Positions 1 through 14,240 of a stretch of DNA of 64,000 bases are shown in pieces. How positions within the stretch are numbered: the first letter of the stretch is position 1; each line of letters opens with the position of its first letter. The notes beneath the pieces were generated by a model. The model made no database searches, was not told the origin of the DNA, and saw nothing but the letters and a program-made list of their open reading frames with translations. Source of the DNA: Marsupella aquatica (lineage: Eukaryota > Plantae > Marchantiophyta); NCBI GenBank assembly GCA_973895155.1, contig OZ316895.1, positions 6,220,687 through 6,284,686 on the forward strand, in the 5' to 3' direction. The position numbers were made by a program, and so were the translations under genes.

Positions 1-183
1 AAAGAGACATGTTCCAGGATGAACATGCTATAATAGGAGAATATGGAAGTTAGTCCATTTGAGTTTCAACTTCAAGCATCTCTTGTTGGCCAGTAAAAAT
101 GCAAACATGTTCTTTTTGGGGCTTGAAATCGTAAAAGTATGGAACCATCAGTAGAGATTTCTTTCAGCATTGTAAGGGTAGCC

Positions 184-333
184 AGGGGTACCCAAGACCC
201 TACACAACAGACCCTATCCAGAGGAATATTTGAACTAGTGTCCCAAACTGGAAAACCACTTCTCTCCTCACCACACAGCCATATACCCTCCACACTCCTA
301 TGTGTAGGGTTGTGAAGGGTCTTGGGTACCCCT
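184..333. repeat. 25-bp inverted repeat pair (MITE-like remnant)
   Basis: aggggtacccaagaccctacacaac (184-208) vs gttgtgaagggtcttgggtacccct (309-333), one mismatch; no clear TSD. Confidence 0.45.
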
Positions 334-921
334 ACACAACCCAGGATCCAACAAAGAGCCTTTCCTGGGTCCTAAATCTTCCCCTCTTTCTTGTGTGAGC
401 TCTGAAGCATTGTTTCTTGTAACTCCATGCAGGTTTCATTGGTCCATCCAATCGCCTTGTGAACCCTCCAAATCTATAAGACTTCCAGTCCTCCCAAGCA
501 TCTAGTCAGATGTTGTAATTTATGAGAGCTTTGGTTCAATTTCAAAAAGAATCTTTCCCGGTATTAATTTTCCACTCCCACGTCTCTTGTTCTTACGTTT
601 TAAATTCCTCGTACCAATTCCTATATAGTATCCTCCTTGACTTGTTGTCTTTGCCTTTAGTTTCCTTTTTCTTTCCATTGCTATCCAGAGACCACAATGT
701 TTGACACGCTCCTTGGGTGGACAGACGAAACTGTATAGACCGTCTTGAAATGCTACTTTTATTACTTTCATAGCGCCTTTTCTTAGGTGTCAACAAGTGT
801 TTGGTGAATTGAAATCCGTAGAGCAATTGTGGTGGTCCATACCAGTATCAACTGTCCATTATTGTGTGCTTTTCCTTCAAGAATATAAATCTAACGTCTA
901 ACATTACAATGGGAAATCACC

Positions 922-1076
922 TGAGTGGGGCCTAGTTGTCAGCTCAGGTGGCCAAGGGTGACTTGTGACCAGCAAGTTTGAGCCCACACACTTCCATGTA
1001 TGGGTTCTGTGCCAAATTTCTTATGGCGTCAAAGCTCTAGGCGCTTGTGGTAGATGCAGGAATTATATTAAAAAAA
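922..1076 (+). mobile_element. Possible degenerate tRNA-derived SINE
   Basis: A-box-like cagctcaggtgg (~940), degenerate B-box agtttgagccc (~975), A-rich tail at 1070-1076, flanked by gggaaatcacc (911-921) and gggaaataacc (1077-1087) as an imperfect TSD. Confidence 0.35.
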
Positions 1077-2186
1077 GGGAAATAACCCACGTATTTAGTT
1101 CCTTGCCTGCACAGAGAGGCGTGACACAACTTTGAGAATTTGACCCTACAACCCCGATTTTGCAAGTCTGACATCCATGGAAAAACAGCTGCAAGTTCTA
1201 GTCCCACCTTTTTCAATTTGTATGTTGATCACTCTTGCCTCCTTAAGTGTTAAAACATGAAAAAGGTCATAATAGCAGTTAGATTATAATCACTCATGGT
1301 ACAACCAGACTCTTTTACAAACCAGCAGGGAATTAATTACTATCAACCCCAGAACACAGCTATGGTTGGAAATGGGTTAAGAATTTCAGTGAATGCAACC
1401 ATTTGAGGCTATGATGCAGAGTAGCCCTTACTTGCAACTTTAACCACTGTCCAAATGTATGTGGGGTGAACTATTGCGAAAGAATGGGTACAGCAATTGT
1501 GTTGAATTGAATTATGTTTAGAATATTTCAGTCTGGACTCCAGCATTGTAAACCCCATGCTGTTCTCCTACATCAAGGACCTTCAAAATTTATTTTATAA
1601 AGAAAATCTTCAAATAGGGCTTGACCAAACATAAAGTACCTTCAAGCATTTATTTTGAACAATACTCTCAAGGGATTGCTTTACATTACATTGATTCGTC
1701 TGAGTGATCTGCAAATCCCCACTTCTTGTTTCCTTTATGATTGTAAGGGCTTTATAACTACACTGTCTAATCATCTAATTCACATCCAATTCATTAAAAG
1801 TGACAAAACAAAAAAGCACACAGAATCTATTATCATAAAATTTCTCTACCCTTAGGAATCCTGTAAATAAATCAACCCCCACCGCCCCTTCGGGCTATCA
1901 CCTTAGGGCAGGAACTTTTCCCCAAAATTCCCTTTTGCAAGAACACTTCATTCAAGTATATAATTCCAATTGAAAGCTACTCTTCAAGGTTTACACTCTA
2001 GAGTGAAACCTCTAAACTGTGACTCCTGAGTTTAACTTAAATTGGGGGTGCATGTGCCAAATGGGGTTTGGGGGAGGGTGGGTCTGTGACAATGGCCTCA
2101 CCTCTATTCAGGGTCAAGAACAGAACAGGCTCTTAGACTAGTACTCATAATAAAGGACATTCAACAACACTCTCAAGGGAGGGCTT

Positions 2187-2236
2187 TACATTACACTACG
2201 TTGAACTTTGAAGAGAGTTCAACTTAGTGTAATGTA
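2187..2236. repeat. 50-bp near-perfect palindrome (hairpin)
   Basis: tacattacactacgttgaact...agttcaacttagtgtaatgta; 21-bp arms with one mismatch. Confidence 0.75.
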
Positions 2237-2689
2237 CGTTATACACTTGTCAAGTATGAAAAGTGTTTAACCTTTTCTAGTTGGTGCTACCATTTGCATA
2301 TTTGGGGTTGAGTACTCTGATTCCAAGTGTTGGTTTCATGGCCCGAGAAAAGGAGACTGGAGACTTGAGAGGAGACATAATGTGTAAAACCGACCACAGT
2401 ACGTGTAAACTGACAGGGTTCCACAAGACGAGGGGTTTCTCGGGTGATCGTCCTCTCTGTCGCTTTGCTCGCTCTGTCCGTCATTCTTGTCAATACAGAG
2501 TAATGTACATGTCTTCCGTCTCTGTTTCGAGCAGCGGGCATCTCGCTCCCGCAGTCCCGCTTGGTCAGTTCTTCCTTTCGGGGTGCTTCGTCTCGATCTG
2601 CGGATCACGGCCTGTCGATTCGTTCGGTAGAATGAGGACAGTCGTATAGCCCTCCGCTGTTGCTCGATCCTGTTTTGCTTTGTCTTTGC

Positions 2690-2970
2690 TGCCACCCCTC
2701 TTCTCCCCTCCCCTCCCCTCCCGTCCCCTCCCGCTCCCCTCGATCACTTCGTCCCCGCTCGTCCTTCTCGTTCTATTCGCTTCGCTTCCCTTCGCTTCCC
2801 TTCGCATCTCTTCTCTTCTCGTCTCTTCTCTTCTCTTCTCGTCTCTTCTCTAATACTCTTCCTCTTTCCTTTTTTCCGTCGCCAAAAAACATTGAGAAGG
2901 ACAGTGGACGCATCCGTTTTCTCTCCTCCACTGCTCCTCTCGCTCTCTCCCCTCGTTCTCTCTTCGCACG
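2690..2970 (+). promoter_or_regulatory. CT-rich pyrimidine tract (Y-patch/GAGA-like), probable promoter/5' leader of the kinase gene
   Basis: (CTCTT)n and (CCCT)n runs about 1.4 kb upstream of the kinase ATG, with a (CAG)7 tract near 3118-3138; typical of plant TSS regions. The TSS itself cannot be placed. Confidence 0.45.
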
Positions 2971-4305
2971 CATGCACCGAAGTTTTTGGAACGAGGATGG
3001 CGCGGTGCTGAACCGATTCGGGAGAGGAGGTTAGCGCAGGAAGTACTCTTCCAGCCGTTTTGTTATGTGACCCTTTTCGTTGGAAGGCTTGATTGATTGA
3101 GGTGGCGTTGCTGTGTGCAGCAGCAGCAGCAGCAGCAGCAAGGGGCCTAGCTGAGCCGGCGCCGTGCTTGTGCTAGACGGGCGTGGTCGGGTGCGTGGCT
3201 CGCTTCTTGCTTGAGAAACTCTTGTTAACAAAGAATCGATAGATCCCGCGGCTTCCGACTGATATGTGAGAAAGAGGAACAGGATACTTTTACCTGGGAA
3301 GGAAGGAGTTGCAAGGCTGGGGTGTGGACTAGGGTCCAGTGGTTGGGATAAGGCAGTGGGTGTTATGTCCCTTTCGCTTCGAGATCCGGCGTGTTTGAGG
3401 TTTCGAAAAGGAAGGAGACGACTGGACTTACCTGGACCCCGTGCCGTGGTGCGAGTCCTGGTGGAGTACAATAAGGAGAATGGGAACGAGCGAAAACTTA
3501 TCTGGCTGCTCAGATGACAGGCAGATGCAGTGAATGACTGATCAATGGTTTTTGGGAGATGTCAAGTTGTGGAATTTGACCTAAGCAGGAAGAGGAGAAG
3601 GCGGGCTAGAACGGCTGGTACTTCTGCCACCGGCGACGTCGAAGAAGCACATATAATAAATTTATGGTGAAGAAAGTTTGGGTTGCTGAATGCGTGGGAT
3701 GGTCACATTATCCCAGTTCTGATGGGGGGCGAAATGTACAGTAGTTAGATCCCCAGAGCACGGGCAAGGCATGGCTGTCGAATGTGTGGGATGATCATAC
3801 ATCTGGACTGCTAGTGGACCGCCGCTGCTAGTCTTCTACCGGTAGAAGGTGTTGAGGTGGTCTTGGCTTCGCTTCAACTCGGGGGAGGGGAGGAAAAGGG
3901 CGGGCCTCTCTTCGTGTGTGTGCCCTTTTGCTCATCGCTTGCAATTTCCACTGTACATTTGGCTCCGGTGCCTGTGCAGCAATACTGCAGAAGATTTCAT
4001 CACTTTTCGTAGCAGCAGCTGGATGCCTTTGAAGTCTGAATCGGGTAGGGATGTGTTCGCGCCGAAGACGATTGGAATTTTTGAAATGCACATCTGTCCT
4101 GTTTGTCAATATCCTCCCCTTCCATAATTTGTTCCTAGGGCGGTTTACTAGAGCTGAGAAGAGCTAGGTAGAGGGACAGAGGATATTTGTGCAGGCAGGA
4201 TACAATTACTCGATTTTAGATAGGGAAGAGCGGATAGTCATTTTCTTTCCAATCTAACCGTCCAGGTAGCCATTGACCCTAAGATCTTCGGGTGAGTCGG
4301 ATGCT

Positions 4306-7300
4306 ATGAAGAACCTCCTGCGGAAACTTCATATTGGGGGAAACAATGATGATCAAGTTGACGCCGGGCGAATCATCGAAGGAAGATCGTTTCATGATGG
4401 ATCGGGCGGCGGATTGTCGTTGTCACACTCATCGCTGAGAGAGCCTTCAGGGTCAGGAGGAGCGATACTCTCTTCGGCTTCCTCGGCGGCAATTCCAACT
4501 TCTCTCAACACAAGCCCTGCAACATCAGAATCGAAGCCTAAAGGTCTGTCGACGGTTTGGAATGCCGTGAAAAGTTCTGTGGAAAAGGTCAATGCCAAGG
4601 AGAAGTTGAGTAATAATCCAATCAGCAATGCTATTGGGGAACTGAGGCACAGACTTGATTCTTCGAGTGACAAAGGCGATGAGTCCCCCACAACGCCACA
4701 GAAGCGAATGCTGTCACCTACGGGAAGCTTTAATCGAGGGCCTTCCCCTCCAGATAGCATCAGGGAAGGATCCCTACTCGGGAGCCAGAATCAGAAAAAG
4801 GAAAGTGTGCGTAAAGGATACGAGGAAGAATTTCAAGTGCAGATGGCAATGGCGCTAAGTGTATCAGGCAACTATGAAAACTCAACTGCTGGGGTCGTTG
4901 AGAAAGCTCAAATCGAAACTGCGAAGAGGATTAGTCTCGGGCTCTGCCCTGCGGTAGGCAACTCCGAATCGGAAGCAATCTCGCACAGATATTGGGTAAG
5001 TTTTGTGCTAAAGTTTCTTCTTTTTTGACAGAAGTGATCTTTAAAGTCAGTTTTACGAGAGAATGGATAGATTCTGCTCCAACTGTGCCTGTGACCGTGT
5101 TGGTTTCATCTGCACTTCGACCGGTGTGCTTAGCATAGGTTTTGAAAATGATCACGATTCGCTGCAACGACGCGATGAAAAACATCATTACAAAGAGGGC
5201 AAGGTTGTCATCAATTGGTTAGGTTTCCAAGAGTGCTTTGGGGCCGCTGCTTACGTCATGTAAGTACCATCTATATGGTGGTCGTTCTTGGGGCATCACC
5301 GAGTCCGCTGCCAGGTGGACAGCTCAGATTGCCTGAAAAGGACCAGGATGGGAAAGGACCAGGATAGGTTCTCCAGGGAAAGTTGGCGTGGTGCTTAAAC
5401 CAGCAACCGGTTGGTGCTCACACCGTGGATCTTGGACCCCTGGGAGTGCAGAGGAGAAAGTAACGTGCTCGAGTGTTATTACCGGGTTACTCTGTTTGTT
5501 GTAAATTTGTCTTGCCCAAATGGATGAGGACTTTTACGGAGCAAGCTCAGCAAGCCGGCTGCGAGTGTGGAAAGAATACATGGAGACCGAAGTTGCGTAT
5601 ACATTCGATTGGGCTGACACTTAGGGTGGGTAGTGGCTGGTTCGCTGTATGACGATTACCGATCGTTTTACAGAGCCAAAAGGAAAGGAAAGTTGACGCC
5701 ACGAACGGGAAGGCAATCAGAAGCCTCACTACAAAGGGGACCTCTTCGAGATTGATCTGCACGCCAGTATTATCTCGTCTGCAGTTTCCTTGTCAGTTAT
5801 ACAATATTTGGATTATTGTCCTGTGTAATCGTCGGACACGTCGGACGATGAATGTTGGGCACTCTACATTCAGACAGACCAATAACGAAAGCTGAGTGGT
5901 GCAATTGTGACTTTGAGTACGTAAGGAGTGGTGCTGTAGATGTATAGAGCCTGCCAACTAGTTCCTGAAGTCGGGAAATTATCTATTCTCAGTGTCTCAT
6001 CTGGAATTTTTCTTCTGGTTTTACAGGCTACAAATACGGTGGAATACGAAGAGTTTATTCCCAATGGATTTTACGATGTGTTCGGAGTCTATAATGATTC
6101 TCATTCGTCGGAGAGGATGCCTCTACTTCCTGACCTACAAAGGATGCCCGTTTCAGAGACCTCGAAAATTGAGGTGGTTCTGGTAGATCGAGCTCACGAC
6201 CCTGATCTTGTAGCTCTAGAAGCGAAAGCGGTAGAGCTAGTTGCAAGTGCACAGACCGAGGATACAAGTTCCCTTAGAACTACCTTGGCTAAGAAGATTG
6301 GGATTTTAGTGGCGGAGCACATGGGTGGGCCTGTTAAGAGCGAGGTAGACATGCTGTTCCGCTGGCGAAAGGCAAGTTGGGATGATAGAAATGCATCGCA
6401 AAATGTTGTTCGAATGCTAGGGTCGCTGAAAGTTGGTTTGACAAGGCATCGGGCACTCCTGTTCAAGGTTTGGAACTCGCATCTGTTTTCCCTTACTAAA
6501 ATTCTTCTCTGGGGATCTCTTGTATTGGCAACTTTGCTAGCTGACTTGGTATAAAGTGTTATGACAACTTGAAATTGCTGTGCAAATTCATCCCCAGGCT
6601 CAGAAAGTGCATTGGATGTGTTTGTCACGTGAACTTAATTTCGGGGTTATTTTTCACTTTTCGGGTAGCGATCTTAATTCTTACTACCGATTTGCAGGTG
6701 TTGGCAGATCGTGTTGGTATCCCCTGTCAACTGATAAAGGGTAGACATTACCCAGGGGTTGAAGCCGAGGGAGCAGTGAACCTTATAAAGGTGGATCATA
6801 TCAGGTTTGCTGCATTTCATTTTCCTTCGTTCCTTCTGTAACCTGATGTAATTGCATAGGTTGAGTTGATTTGAGTCACTGAAGGGTCAGTCACGCGTTA
6901 GTTTCACTGGTCGGAAGGCTGTTTTGAATCCTAACTCAAATTCAAACCAAGGGCAGTCTGAGCAACAGAAAGTGGCAGGGTTGAGTGGGGGTTACCTTCT
7001 CATGTTTGTTTTACATACCTGAGCAGATCACCAAGAACTGAAGTTTTAAACACGATTCATAATGGGAGAGTTTCATTTCTCTAAATTGAACAATGTTACT
7101 TCAATATATTATTATTGCCACATGTTGTCGCTGTATTACCTGGGCTAGTTGCCGAGTAGTCCAAAGTGGGAGCGAAGTCGTGACTATTGGTATTTACTTT
7201 CTAACGTCATAAGCTCTGAGAATCTGAGTGACAAACGTTATGTCACGGAATGTCAGAGGTATAGCGCGTTTCTGATACACCTGTAACATGAATAACAAGC

Positions 7301-10300
7301 CATCAAGAATTTCAATCCTTGCTTCTCATACAAGCATTTGGCGTGAAGGTCTTCTTCATAGAGAGTATCTTGATGTCCTCTCGCATTTTGAATGCAATTT
7401 CGAAGTAAATGGCCCACATTATGCCATGATACTGCTAACCTGAAAAAAAACAATTGCGGTTTCAGATAAAAAAAGGCTGAATTGTTGGAAGGAACGGCTT
7501 GGAGGTAGAGACTGACACCTGAGTTCTTGTTGACAGGGAATATATAATTGATCTAATGGGAGAACCTGGGGCCCTTGTCCCTTCTGAAAAAACAGCTACG
7601 AACACGTCTGAAACAGATACGAGTCCGAAGAGCTCCAAGACGGAACATTCTTCCTCGTTTGTTAGCAGTACTCAAAGCTCGCCTTCTGGGTCAACACACT
7701 CCGTGCGGTCAGACATTGGAGACCATATTAGGAATTTGAAAGGGGGTAGTATACCTATCGAAAATATGGCACCCAATATGAAGATTGATAGTAGGCATCA
7801 TAGTGAACCCGCTGAACTCCTAGCGTTTGAGCCGAAGCCTATGCGGCATATGCCTTCTAGCCGACATTTAAGATCTCCCTCGTGGACAGAAGGGATTGGA
7901 CTGCCAAGTGCACGGCAGACGAAGGATAACTCGAAGGATTGGACAGAAGGGGTTGGATTGTCTGGTGGACGGCAGACGAGGGACATTTCGAGGGATGATA
8001 TGCCACAACTGCTTATTGATGCTGCGAAGGAAAACCCACTACTGTTACAGAAGTTGCAGGAGGTTTTACTCGAAAGTGGTGTCGTTATTCAAGATATCTC
8101 CCCAAAGCAAGCGCAAGCTCCAGTTGTTGAGGATAAGCAACTTGAAGATGACAAAAGAATTGATCAGGAAAAAAAGGCCGCTCCTCCAGCGCCTCCTTCA
8201 AAGAAGAAAGGCAGTGTTGTTCCCGGGCGGCCACCCATCGGCGCATTCAAACCACCTCAGCCAGTTACTGAGGAGGGTCTATATTCAAGAGATAGACTGC
8301 AAAGACTTGATTCTGTTGAGGGTTTGGGAGAAAGAAGACCACTTGAGTCTCTTCCCGTTGAAATATTGTCCCCTGCACCAATTTTACCATCAGTACTACC
8401 TATACCTGTTCCCCTATCAACAGCACTTCCGGTGGCCCTAGCTACAGCCCTACCTGTGGCACTTCCCGTCGCTGTGCCTGTACCCGTACCGGTAGTGGCA
8501 GCTATCCCTGTAAACGTGGATGCCGTTAGAGGCAATACTCAGCCAGAGTATATCCGACATGTCCCTGTTGCAGCAGCCGCAGCTGCCGCTGCTACCGCTG
8601 CAGTTGTAGCGTCCACTATGGTAGTTGCTGCTTCTAGGGGCGGCGACGGTGGAGGTGATCGCAAGATGGAAGTTCCGATTGCTGCTGCCGCAACTGCAAC
8701 AGCAGCTGTTGTTGCTGCAACTTCTGCTGCTACAGGGAGACCAATGGATAGCAATGCTTCGTCACCTGTGAACTCCAATCACCAGCAACGGCAATCTGAT
8801 GAGAGGAGATCTGAAACTGCTAGGAGTACACCAGAAAGCAGGCATACCGCACCTGGAAACTCTGGAGATGGATTGGATGGTGAAATCAGTGCTGCGGAGG
8901 AGCGGAATTTGGAGAGTATGAGTGTCCAGAAAAGATACGATGCAGTACTGTCTGATGTGGCAGAATGGGAGATCCCTTGGGAAGATATTATCGTCGGTGA
9001 ACGAATTGGTCTAGGTAGGGAATCACGTTATAGAGACCTAAATTTCATTATGAATGTGTAAAACCTTCAAGCGGAGATGATACTACGAGGACATTTAATC
9101 TCAGGTGGAAGCAATCTAGTGCCGCAGTAGGCTGCATTTTGGCTCGCATTTTAGCAGCAAAGTGAAGCTTTTTCTGTCTCTGATAAGATGTTGCATCATC
9201 AAATTTACTTACTCCTCACAAATCATGTATGTGCCCATACTTTGTCCAGGATCATATGGTGAGGTGTATCGGGGTGATTGGCATGGATCTGTAAATGCTG
9301 AACTCTGCCCTTGATTTGCTTGAATTGGAACGAGCACTTTATTTGTGAAAGTTTTACCGTGAGCTATAGACCGGATTGTCACTACAAGGCTCAGTCTTCC
9401 TTAGCAGGATTGACGCCTACCACACAGCAGGTGTGCCAACTTTCATTACGTACACAAATTTTGAGCTAATTCTGACTGGAAATCCCTTATGCCAATATGT
9501 CAGGAAGTGGCTGTGAAGAAGTTTCTCGATCAGGACCTTTCTGGATATGCCTTGGAAGAGTTCAGAAGCGAGGTACTTGTCATACGTAGTTTGGAATTGC
9601 CAGAAATCTCGCGAAAGTGTTCTGCAGTAGAATCTGAAGTGACTTATTTCTCATCCATTTATGTTGAATAACTGGCAGGTGCGAATTATGAAAAGGTTGC
9701 GTCATCCTAATGTGGTTCTTTTCATGGGTGCAATAACGCGTCCGCCTCATCTCTCAATCGTTACAGAGTTTTTGCCCAGGTGAGCAAGTATTGTCTCGTG
9801 TTTGCTGTGATTCACCCAGTTTGTTGGTGGTTTAGTGTAGTCATGACTAGGTCTGACAAACGACCGTTTTGCTAAAATAGTGAAGGAACCTCTTCTACTC
9901 TCAGCCACAATGGTTCTGATGTGGTTAATGGTGCAACGTTCTTGTAGAGGGAGTTTGTACAGGTTAATTCATCGGCCTAACAATCAGCTGGACGAGAGAA
10001 GACGACTACGGATGGCACTTGATGTGGTGAGAATAAATTCTGATTCAACCGATTGAGTTGTATGATTTGTATCGTTTACGAAGACTTCTGTTCGTCTTCT
10101 ATTGTCCTACACAGTTAATGATAGCGGCGTTTCAGGACGGCAATGTGACATTCGTTACCGGCTTATTTCTCTTGTGTACGTCAACCGTGACACAAAATAG
10201 TTGTGTGATGATAGTTTGCTGCATGTGTGGACAGGCCAAAGGTATGAATTATCTGCACAGCGGGAATCCTGTAATTGTCCATAGGGACTTGAAGTCTCCA

Positions 10301-12021
10301 AATCTCCTTGTCGACAAAAATTGGGTTGTCAAGGTGAGATAGAGTGCTATTATCTTTATATGCAGGCATAGAGACCTTTTTTAAAGATTTGTCACCGAAA
10401 ACGGCTTTCATTCTTTGCAGACTCGGGACTTGCCTCAGTGCAGGTCTTTATGTAATTGCTGAAAGTCTGCCATCTCTTAAATTCGTTTCCTTTTTAATAC
10501 GAGAGTAGTTTGAACCTTCAACATTTTTGCCTGCCTGGATTGGGATATTCGGAGTGAATTGCTTCCTGTTTCTATGCTGTAAAGTAACCTTCCTCGGTGC
10601 GAATGATTGCCCAGGTCTGTGACTTCGGCCTGTCTCGGATGAAACACAACACTTTTCTGTCGTCTAAATCAACTGCAGGGACAGTAAGCGCCAGGACCCC
10701 ATTTCTATTCTGAACATTTCCGATTAGAAAGCTGAAGTAGTGAAATCAGCAATCTCCTTTGGTTTGGTTCCTTGGCTTCTGCCTTGCGTTTGTCGTGTAG
10801 AGTGATCTTCTTGTTTCCTGGCCGAGTTTATAATTTTCTTATGAGGAATATAAATTACATGAAGAAACATTGGACCAATCAATGATGCAGTTGCATGAGT
10901 TTGAAACCCCTCACCGTTTTGTTGGCAATATAGGATATTCACTTAAATCTTAATTGTAGCCGTCGATTTGTGGTTCTCTTCCTGGTACTTCATTCTGAAT
11001 CTAAGATAGTCCTGTCTATTTGCAGCCCGAGTGGATGGCACCTGAAATGTTGCGGAATGAGCCTTCAAATGAAAAGTAACTATTTCAACCCTTATCATTA
11101 CTTCACTAGTCTGAAGTAGGAACAGTGGTTTGATGTTCGCAGTAAAAGTTTTGTCCAGCATACCCCTCACAGAATGGATTGCTTTGGTTCGCGAAGTCTA
11201 AATACCCGTTTAGGCTATTTGGAGGAAGAAGTCTCAGTTCTGAATTGTACCGTATTGTTCACGATCAAATGTAAAGGTTTGTGATAATGATGATGTTTAA
11301 GCTGTTGCATGTATGGTTTGATCTAAGGATGGCTATGCCTGGAGTTGCAGATGCGATGTTTACAGTTACGGGGTAATATTGTGGGAGTTAGCAACTCTTC
11401 AACAACCTTGGGCTGGAATGAACCCAATGCAGGTGGTTGGGGCGGTGGGATTTCAATATAGGCGTCTTGAGATTCCACCTGAAATGGACCCAGGTCTTGC
11501 GAGTATCATTCGAGAATGCTGGCACGAGTAAGTCAACCCGTGCTCAATTCAATGCTCCAAAGTTTGAATCAGAGGTTCCCATGGGGTGCCAGACCTGTGA
11601 GCAGTATGCGATTTCCTCAAAAATAGTTGTTCTGTTCCTCCTGCTGGTAGAATCTCATAAGTCTTAGACCATTGATAACAGGGATGTCCTGAGCTGTGTG
11701 CTAGATTCATCCTTATGGGTGTCAACCGCTTTCTGGGGAGACATGGTTGATTGATGAGTCACTGTGAAATGGTAACATTTATTTGTGAGATGCTTATTAA
11801 GCTTAGTTGGTTGACATTTGATCTGCAGTAATCCAAATTTGCGACCTTCGTTTACACAACTGATGGCAGCTTTGCGACCACTTCAGCGGCCACTTTCAGC
11901 AGCACAACATGCTGAGAATAGTAGGCAAGGCCAAACTTCACAAGGTGCAACTATACAGTCACAACTAAATACACAGTCACAGCCAACTGTACAGTCACAA
12001 GAGCAAGGCCAACAGTTGTAA
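4306..12021 (+). CDS. EDR1: EDR1/CTR1-family (group B3) Raf-like MAP kinase kinase kinase, 13 coding exons
   Basis: N-terminus [11 protein letters not shown]; [15 protein letters not shown]; EDR1 domain ([46 protein letters not shown]); kinase motifs [35 protein letters not shown] exons: 4306-4995, 6027-6467, 6698-6804, 7537-9014, 9250-9290, 9504-9572, 9679-9779, 9948-10026, 10235-10333, 10615-10683, 11026-11075, 11351-11527, 11829-12021. The symbol indicates family, not proven orthology. Confidence 0.95.
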
Positions 12022-14240
12022 CCGCCGCAGGCGCCTTTTGCTTCATGAATCTCAAGGGTATTCCAATATACCTTCTGGCAAAACAACGCTGTTATGTAAA
12101 ACAAGCGCTTTGCCCCGTCATGGAGTTGCGTTCAATGATGGTATACTATGTCAATGTGATGAGCTTCTGGAGACTTCTGTTCCTGGTGAGCTTGACAATG
12201 CTTTGACACCATTTCTATTCGCCTAGATGGTCCCAACTCTGGAGGTCAAATGATGGTTTCAGTATCCGTGACGAAGTGAAAACTTCCTAAGCTTAAGTGT
12301 TCTCCAACAGCCTTGCAACTAGAGCAGAAAAGGTACTTGTTGACTTTCTGAAAGGTTTGCAGAGAACTGGAATGTGGCTTGGGTGGTCAGGATATGATAC
12401 GCTATGGGAGGTTTGGCATGCCTATGCAAGGGCATGCATGTTTATGTAACTAGTCATGAGATGCTGGCGCAGTTTTTAGTGTAAAAAAGGGTCACGATCG
12501 TCTGTAACAATACTATGAATGGTGACGGTTTGGGGAATTTTAGTGCATTCAAAGGTTGTCATTTATTAAGTCTAGAAATCTCTTTGATGGCGAATATGAA
12601 AAGAGTTCTTACAGGTACAAGGTTGCTTTCTAGATAATAAGTCCTTGGAAGAGGGGCAGTCTAGGTGTCGTTTCTAGGAGCGTTGTGACTCTCCTACCAA
12701 ACTCCTCTACCAGTACTCTCTGGAGACACTGGCGAACCGGTTGCCGTGTGTAGTGACTGGGAGATCAGGTGCACATCGCGTTCTTACGTTGTGTGTAGCC
12801 TTTAGTCGATGGCAATTTGGGGACGTAATAGGTAGAACTTGGTAATGCACCCTGATATGTACCAGAATGTGAAGAATGGATTGACGAAAACTTGGTCTGC
12901 AGGTTATCCTAAGCTTGAATAACCTTGTCTGGGATGGGGCGGCAGAGCCCCCAGTAAGCCCAAGCTATGGGATTTGTATGACTGCAAAGAGTTGTTATCA
13001 GGTGTGCATGCTTGCGGAGGGTGCCACAGCACAGTTTTTGCGTTTATCCAGAGCTTGGATCTCTGCGTTTGAGTGACAAAACCTTGGTTGTCAGTGCTCA
13101 TGACCTTGGAACACACTCCAGCAGTATGCTGTTTTGAGCTTGAGCTCAAAGCTTTGGTTAACAGATCGTAGTTAGAAGGTGTAAGGACAATGATTTCTTC
13201 GAGCAACACGCACGTTCTCCTCTGAGTTCGTAGCTGTTTTTGTTACATAGGTAATAGTTATCAGGTGTGATTGATACTGGTTTGGGCTCACCCAAGTGCC
13301 TGTCCTTCTTAAAGTGGGAGGTCTCATCAAGTGATTCAATGAATTTGACTAAGGAAAATATGTGCACTTTTTCTAGATTGTAGCTTTTCATGAAGTGATT
13401 GAGGCTTCCTTGCTGTATACCACATCCTTCCAGCGGAGAGCATTCTTGCAGAGTGATGGATTTGGCATCCATTCTGGATTTGTTTTCACAGCAACGTCGC
13501 TTTGTTGTGGGCTTGGTTTCCTGTAACTACCGCTTGAAATTAACACTTCTTTTGGTTCATGAGATGGCTTGTACGCAGCCTCATCAAGTTTGCCTAGTTC
13601 ATGACATGGCTTGTACAGCAGTACTTAATGTATGAGAGGCCGCTTATGCATGTTCGTGAGCAAGGTTCTCTACATTTGGGCCTCTAAATCTCGATTTTTT
13701 ACACTTGAAGCGCGTGATGAGCCGGTGCTACGTCAAGAGGGTGTGATACCCAAATTCAAAACTTTTGTTGTTATTGTTTTGTGTCCTAGATGTCAAATTA
13801 ACTCTCTTTCTTGAGAGAGAAGCTCAACATGTTCATTGTGTCCTAGGGTATGATTTCCTCGCTGCATCCAAGCTCTTATGTAGTATAAAGAAGTTCTGGA
13901 GGATGCCTGGCTACACTCATGCAAAAATGCAAAAGTTAAACCACACCTGCCATTATAAAAGCCCCATTCCATGTCTCACTACTCACCATAAAAGACACCT
14001 GTCGTGGAGCACTTGCCAATAAATTGTTCTCCACTCACCATCTTATCTTTTGAGTAGCTATGGGTAACCTGTAGCCCTTTATAGTGGCAGTTGTGGGCAG
14101 TGGTGGTTTAAGATGAAAAAGCATTGGTAAATTCCAGGGCATCCTGGTCAAAGGAAAGAACCCTAATGAAAAGGATAGATAACTTTACTACCCCAGGTTT
14201 CCACCTATAGGGCCCCAGGTTACACCCATTGACCTATCCC

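Noticed and set aside
2565-3034. Several R/E/S/L-rich ORFs
   Set aside because: They are translations of the CT microsatellite tract.
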